Below, one piece after another: positions 15,832 through 20,000 of a stretch of DNA of 20,000 bases. Positions within the stretch are counted from its first letter, which is position 1. The number at the start of each line of letters is the position of its first letter. The translations under genes and the position numbers were made by a program. The notes beneath the pieces are model-generated. The model ran no database searches. It was not told the origin of the DNA and was given only the letters and a program-made list of their open reading frames with translations. The stretch is from an uncultured virus (IMG/VR IMGVR_UViG_3300028393_000050). Its lineage: Duplodnaviria > Heunggongvirae > Uroviricota > Caudoviricetes. The stretch lies in the IMG/VR virus record IMGVR_UViG_3300028393_000050. One strand, 5' to 3'.

Positions 15832-17270
15832 AAATAATTTATTTAGGTGCGGAAGTACCAAGCAATAGGTCCATTTTAGACCACGCTAACGCTAAAAAGG
15901 TTGGTGTTAGTTATTGGGGCCTTGTAAAGCGTGGCTTACCAAAAACTAAGAAATACCTATTAGAGAATTACTTTAAAGACGAAGTAGAGGTATATGTATA
16001 TCCAGGCATCCCAGCTACATCCAACTTAACAGATGAAGAATTAGATGACTTTTGTGCCGATTATGAAGAGTTTATTTCAGATAACCTGAATAGAATTACC
16101 CTTTTTACCGAAATAACCCACCCAAGCCTGTCACAAGAGTTTATTATCCAGCAGCGAGCTACTGCGTGGCATGAAGTAGATGACACTAAGTTTGGCGTTG
16201 TTTATACCGAGGGTAGCTTAGAAAGCCTTGCTACTAGATATTTAAATGTTTTTATTCCGGGAGATGTGGCGGAAACACTTGAGCCAATGTGTCGCAAATT
16301 TTCTTCACAGCACGGTACTAAGTTTCATATCTTAGGGTCTATTAAGCCTGATAAGTTTCACAACTCGCCGTTTGAGACTACTAGCACGCTTGCATGGTTA
16401 TCCCCTATGATGAGGGGCGAAACTATTGTATGGTTTGGTAATCAATTGCACCGTTACCCTAAGCGTATGAAAGACCAAGCCAGGTCTAGATACAAGGCTG
16501 CGTATGAAGAAGCTAACTTAGATTTTGATAAAATACTGGCAGATGACGCAGTAGAAATATCTAAATTAGCGGTGTGGTCGTACACACAATTAGAGAATTG
16601 GGCATTAAAAACTAGTTTAGGGCTAGTAACTAGCGCCAGTGCTTTGCCACCCACCGATTTATCGGAAACACCCCCCTCTACTGTTACTGGTGAGGGGTCT
16701 GAAGTGCGGAAACTTGAGACAAGAAATCCTGCCGAAATGCGTACTTTACCTGTGCTTGGCGTTGATGTTTCACGAGTAATTGAGACAGACCAAGATGGTC
16801 GCGATGTTATCAAAGATGTCCCTGTTCTTCGTTCAAATAGCACTAGCCTACGCCAGTGTAATACTTGTTTTGTAAAAGATAATTGCCCTGCTTTTAAGGT
16901 AGATAACCCTTGTGCATTTAACTTACCCGTTGAAGTTAAAACTAAAGAACAACTTAAGGGTCTAATTAACTCACTCCTTGAAATACAAGGGCAACGAGTG
17001 GCATTTGCCAAGTTTGCCGAGGATTTAAACGGCGGATACCCTGACCCAAATACAGGTTTAGAAATGGATAGATTCTTTAAAATGCTTAAGACTATTAAAG
17101 AGTTAGACGAGTCAAAAGAGATGATGCGAGTTACCCTGGAACGCGGAAATTCGGCTGGAGTTTTGTCTAGTTTATTCGGTGATAGGGCTCAAAAATTAAG
17201 TGAATTACCTAATAATGGGCTTAATGAAAATCAGACAAATGAGGTAATTAAAAAGATAACTGACATTTAG
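15828..17270 (+). CDS. Two-domain protein: degenerate TGT/DpdA-like barrel plus C-terminal Cys4/helical domain
   Basis: MKIIYLG, VGVSY, YEEFI, KFHILG, PFETTSTLAW...RG follow the order of phage TGT-like motifs (HGFG...PFxSVDSxSW); S/T/P linker; CNTC-x5-C-x8-C; C-terminal GVLSSLFG. Confidence 0.55.
   Translation: MKIIYLGAEVPSNRSILDHANAKKVGVSYWGLVKRGLPKTKKYLLENYFKDEVEVYVYPGIPATSNLTDEELDDFCADYEEFISDNLNRITLFTEITHPSLSQEFIIQQRATAWHEVDDTKFGVVYTEGSLESLATRYLNVFIPGDVAETLEPMCRKFSSQHGTKFHILGSIKPDKFHNSPFETTSTLAWLSPMMRGETIVWFGNQLHRYPKRMKDQARSRYKAAYEEANLDFDKILADDAVEISKLAVWSYTQLENWALKTSLGLVTSASALPPTDLSETPPSTVTGEGSEVRKLETRNPAEMRTLPVLGVDVSRVIETDQDGRDVIKDVPVLRSNSTSLRQCNTCFVKDNCPAFKVDNPCAFNLPVEVKTKEQLKGLINSLLEIQGQRVAFAKFAEDLNGGYPDPNTGLEMDRFFKMLKTIKELDESKEMMRVTLERGNSAGVLSSLFGDRAQKLSELPNNGLNENQTNEVIKKITDI
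16616..16634. repeat. Copy 1 of the 19-bp palindromic repeat TTTAGGGCTAGTWACTAGC
   Basis: TTTAGGGCTAGTAACTAGC; 18/19 identical to 17266-17284. Confidence 0.8.
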
Positions 17271-17286
17271 GGCTAGTTACTAGCCC
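17266..17286. repeat. Copy 2 of the 19-bp repeat, containing the 8-1-8 palindrome GGGCTAGT-T-ACTAGCCC
   Basis: Overlaps the TAG stop of the 480-aa gene and ends 8 nt upstream of TTGACA (17295). Confidence 0.8.
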
Positions 17287-17294
17287 ACCCTATT

Positions 17295-17322
17295 TTGACA
17301 CAAATTGATATAGTATTAATTT
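17295..17322 (+). promoter_or_regulatory. Putative promoter of nrdJ
   Basis: TTGACA (17295-17300), 16-nt spacer, TAATTT (17317-17322, a TANNNT match). Confidence 0.45.
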
Positions 17323-17424
17323 CACGCAAAATAACACACCCACCACTCGCTTCCGGATCATCTTCTAGCAGGGATGAACTATACTAGAACACTACCCCAA
17401 ACAAATAAAAGAATAGGAAATGCT

Positions 17425-19458
17425 ATGTCATTATCATTTAAATTAACAATCGACTTCGTAGAAAACTACAAGAATAAAGTAGTACCTTGGGGGTTTAAAG
17501 ATGTTGCTGGTAACTCTGTTGGAGAGATTACCTTTCTTCGTACTTACTCTCGCCTAAAGGCTGATGGTACTAAAGAAACTTGGACTGATGTATGTGAGCG
17601 TGTCATCAACGGTATGTATTCGCTTCAGAAAGACCACGCTAAAACTAACCGTTTGCCTTGGAACGACGCTAAGGCACAGGCTTCCGCTAAAGAAGCGTTT
17701 GACCGCCTGTTTAATCTTAAGTGGACTCCGCCTGGCCGAGGTCTTTGGGTAATGGGTACCCCGTTGGTAAATGAGCAAAAGAATAGTGCTGCTTTGCAGA
17801 ATTGCGCATTTGTTTCTACTAATGAAATGTCTAAAAACAACCCTGCTAAGCCGTTTGCGTTCTTGATGGAAGCCTCGATGCTGGGTGTGGGTGTGGGCTT
17901 TGATGACAAAGGTGCCGATAAAGGCTTTGACATCTATGAGCCAAAAGGCGAACAAGTGTTCGATATCTCTGACACGCGAGAGGGTTGGGTAGATAGTACT
18001 GTTGCTTTAATAAATGCTTATTTAAAGCCAGACCAGCCTACTTGGGTATTTAATTACGACAGCATTAGACCATTTGGCGCACCTATCGCTACCTTCGGCG
18101 GAACTGCTGCGGGACACGAACCGCTTCTAAAATTGCACACGCACATTAGAAAACTCTTTGCTGGTAGGGCTGGAAATAAGATAACCCGAATTGATATTGC
18201 GGATATAGGCAATATGATTGGTGTTTGCGTAGTTTCAGGTAACGTTCGCCGTTCTGCTGAGCTGTTGCTTGGGCGTATAGATGACGATAACTTCTTAAAT
18301 CTCAAAAACGCTGAGCGTTTCCCAGAACGTAACTCTTATGACCCAGAAAATCCAGGTTGGGCTTGGATGTCTAATAACTCTGTAGAAACCGCTGTGGGTA
18401 CAGACCTCTCACCTATCGTGGATGGTATTGCTCTCAACGGTGAACCTGGAGTTATCTGGATGGATGTAACTCGTAAGTATGGTCGTTTGGCTGACCAACC
18501 CAACAATAAAGACTGGCGTGCTGCGGGCTATAACCCATGTGCCGAGCAATCTCTCGAATCGTTTGAGTGCTGTACTCTGGTAGAAACTTATCTAAATAGA
18601 CACGATAGCCTAGAGGATTACAAGCGTACTCTCAAGTTTGCTTATCTCTATGCTAAGACTGTTACACTCTTGCCTACTCACTGGGAAGAAACCAACGCTA
18701 TCATGCAAAGGAACCGTCGCATTGGAACTTCTATGTCTGGTGTGGCTAACTTCGCTGACATCAACGGGCTTCCAGTGCTTCGTGAGTGGATGGATGAAGG
18801 CTACAAGACTATCGTTAATTACGATAAAAGCTATTCTGAGTGGCTTGGAATACGAGAAAGCATTAAAACAACTACAATAAAGCCTTCTGGTACTGTATCT
18901 ATTCTCTCTGGTGAAAGTCCAGGCGTACATTGGACTCCAGGCGGCGAATACTTTTTGCGTGCCATCCGCTTTGGTAATGATGACCCTATGCTCTCTCTCT
19001 TTAAAATGGCTAATTACCGAGTAGAACCTGCTAGTGAAAACCCTACTAAGACTTCTGTGGTGTTCTTCCCTATTAAATCTCTTGCTAAGCGTTCTGAAAA
19101 AGATGTATCTATCTACGAAAAGGTTGCTCTCGCTGCGACTGCTCAACGCTGGTGGTCAGATAACTCTGTGTCTGTGACTATCTCTTTTGACGCTGAAAAA
19201 GAAATTAAAGATGTAGGTACAGTTCTCCACATGTACGACGGTCAGTTAAAAACGATCTCTTTCTTGCCTATGGGTAACCATGTCTATCCTCAAATGCCTT
19301 ACTCTCAAATCTCTCAAGCGGAATACGACCAGTATGCTATGGAACTATTCCCTATTGACTTTGCTGGAGTGTATCAGGGCTTAGGCATTGACGCTATTGG
19401 TGAGGCTTATTGTACAACTGACGCTTGTGAAATAAAACTAATTAAAGACAACCAGTAA
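17425..19458 (+). CDS. nrdJ: Class II adenosylcobalamin-dependent ribonucleotide reductase, monomeric RTPR type; start probably ATG 17425
   Basis: RTYSR, PPGRGLW, ALQNCAF, LGVGVGFD, VVSGNVRRSA, NPCAEQ, TTIKPSGT, DNSVSVT and C-terminal CTTDAC redox pair; AGGA RBS at 17415-17418. Confidence 0.95.
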   Translation: MSLSFKLTIDFVENYKNKVVPWGFKDVAGNSVGEITFLRTYSRLKADGTKETWTDVCERVINGMYSLQKDHAKTNRLPWNDAKAQASAKEAFDRLFNLKWTPPGRGLWVMGTPLVNEQKNSAALQNCAFVSTNEMSKNNPAKPFAFLMEASMLGVGVGFDDKGADKGFDIYEPKGEQVFDISDTREGWVDSTVALINAYLKPDQPTWVFNYDSIRPFGAPIATFGGTAAGHEPLLKLHTHIRKLFAGRAGNKITRIDIADIGNMIGVCVVSGNVRRSAELLLGRIDDDNFLNLKNAERFPERNSYDPENPGWAWMSNNSVETAVGTDLSPIVDGIALNGEPGVIWMDVTRKYGRLADQPNNKDWRAAGYNPCAEQSLESFECCTLVETYLNRHDSLEDYKRTLKFAYLYAKTVTLLPTHWEETNAIMQRNRRIGTSMSGVANFADINGLPVLREWMDEGYKTIVNYDKSYSEWLGIRESIKTTTIKPSGTVSILSGESPGVHWTPGGEYFLRAIRFGNDDPMLSLFKMANYRVEPASENPTKTSVVFFPIKSLAKRSEKDVSIYEKVALAATAQRWWSDNSVSVTISFDAEKEIKDVGTVLHMYDGQLKTISFLPMGNHVYPQMPYSQISQAEYDQYAMELFPIDFAGVYQGLGIDAIGEAYCTTDACEIKLIKDNQ

Positions 19459-19459
19459 T

Positions 19460-19483
19460 TCTCTCTCTCTCTCTCTCTCTCTC
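19460..19483. repeat. (TC)12 microsatellite
   Basis: Perfect tract starting 1 nt after the nrdJ stop; further CT-rich sequence at 19532-19563. Confidence 0.95.
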
Positions 19484-19486
19484 ATT

Positions 19487-19521
19487 AAAACCCATAGCCA
19501 AATACGGTTATGGGCTTTTTT
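19487..19521 (+). terminator. Intrinsic terminator of nrdJ
   Basis: CCCATAGCC-AAATAC-GGTTATGGG followed by CTTTTTT. Confidence 0.8.
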
Positions 19522-19600
19522 GCTATTTAAATCTCTCTCTCTTTTACCTCTCCTACATCTCTCCCGCCCTGAGCTGAGCTGGTCCCAGGAACTTTGGGCA

Positions 19601-19628
19601 ATAAAAAAGCCCTCATTTCTGAGGGCTT
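19601..19628 (-). terminator. Intrinsic terminator of the minus-strand unit
   Basis: On the minus strand AAGCCCTCA-GAAA-TGAGGGCTTTTTTAT. Confidence 0.88.
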
Positions 19629-19645
19629 AATTATTTAATTGCTAT

Positions 19646-20000
19646 TTAATTCATGGCTACTGCCATTAGGAATCCGAAGGCTATAAAGACTACTGGTGAT
19701 AATCTCATGTCTTTTGCGTTAGAGAGCATTACTACAAAGAACCCTATTACAAGTGATAAAACTGCTGTTACTGGTAAGAATACAAGGGCTACTCCCCATG
19801 AAAACCATGCCAAAATCATAGACAAGGTTGCTAATAGTTTTACATCACCCATACCTAATAGGTCATACTTAATGTTTATGAAGAAACCAAACAGGATAGT
19901 TCCTATAAAGAATAGGATAGAGATACCGAACTTTAGCCACTCGCCCTGCCAGATTGCTAAGGTCAGCCAACACAACAAGGTCAGAACCATTAAAGGCACA
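19646..20000 (-). CDS. Prepilin peptidase-like (A24 / GxGD aspartic) polytopic membrane protein, probably 5'-truncated by the window edge
   Basis: Several hydrophobic segments; LGMGDVKLL signature; C-terminal RLSPVVF resembles the PFGP/LAP motif. The first catalytic Asp is not inside the window. Confidence 0.75.
   Translation of the reverse strand, partial: VPLMVLTLLCWLTLAIWQGEWLKFGISILFFIGTILFGFFINIKYDLLGMGDVKLLATLSMILAWFSWGVALVFLPVTAVLSLVIGFFVVMLSNAKDMRLSPVVFIAFGFLMAVAMN

Noticed and set aside
17270..17286. Palindrome as an intrinsic terminator or TrpR operator
   Set aside because: It has a 1-nt centre and no adjacent U-tract, and its spacing differs from the TrpR CTAGTTAACTAG core.
17320..17424. 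Cobalamin riboswitch or NrdR box in the nrdJ leader
   Set aside because: The leader is only about 100 nt, has just a weak hairpin, and shows no B12-box or convincing 16-bp NrdR palindrome.
16454..19146. Long minus-strand ORFs (16454..17011, 17554..17955, 17625..17933, 18054..18305, 18610..19146) and other nested ORFs in the track
   Set aside because: They are antisense or alternate-frame shadows of well-supported genes, with no recognisable motifs.
181..19458. Inteins or introns in polA, recA or nrdJ
   Set aside because: All three ORFs are continuous, of normal length, and lack intein splice motifs or LAGLIDADG/HNH inserts.
1..20000. tRNA or rRNA genes
   Set aside because: Intergenic gaps are short and none shows a cloverleaf or T-loop (GTTCRA) in a tRNA context.

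Overview
The window is a gene-dense, low-to-moderate GC segment of a large tailed phage. A WhiB-family gene suggests an Actinobacterial host, possibly a low-GC freshwater lineage (inference). Almost everything is on the + strand. (1) Replication/recombination block: family A DNA polymerase, Zn-ribbon protein, RecA/UvsX, Hjc-like nuclease, atypical WhiB, Cas4-like exonuclease, UvsY-like protein, RuvC-like resolvase. (2) DUF1599/Nmad1, a SpoVS homolog and a calcineurin-like phosphoesterase. (3) A run of small low-complexity proteins, including one internal paralog pair. (4) A tightly coupled cluster: a pol-beta-type nucleotidyltransferase, a HAD-fold protein lacking its catalytic Asp residues, and a TGT/DpdA-like barrel lacking its catalytic Asp residues fused to a Cys4/helical domain that is flanked by a 19-bp palindromic direct repeat. 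(5) A monomeric class II (B12-dependent) ribonucleotide reductase whose 3' half becomes progressively CT-rich and is followed by a (TC)12 tract and convergent terminators. (6) The 3' part of a minus-strand prepilin-peptidase-like (A24) gene. The most promising unexplained system is the NTase/pseudo-HAD/pseudo-TGT module. All family calls come from motif recognition by eye; no searches were run.
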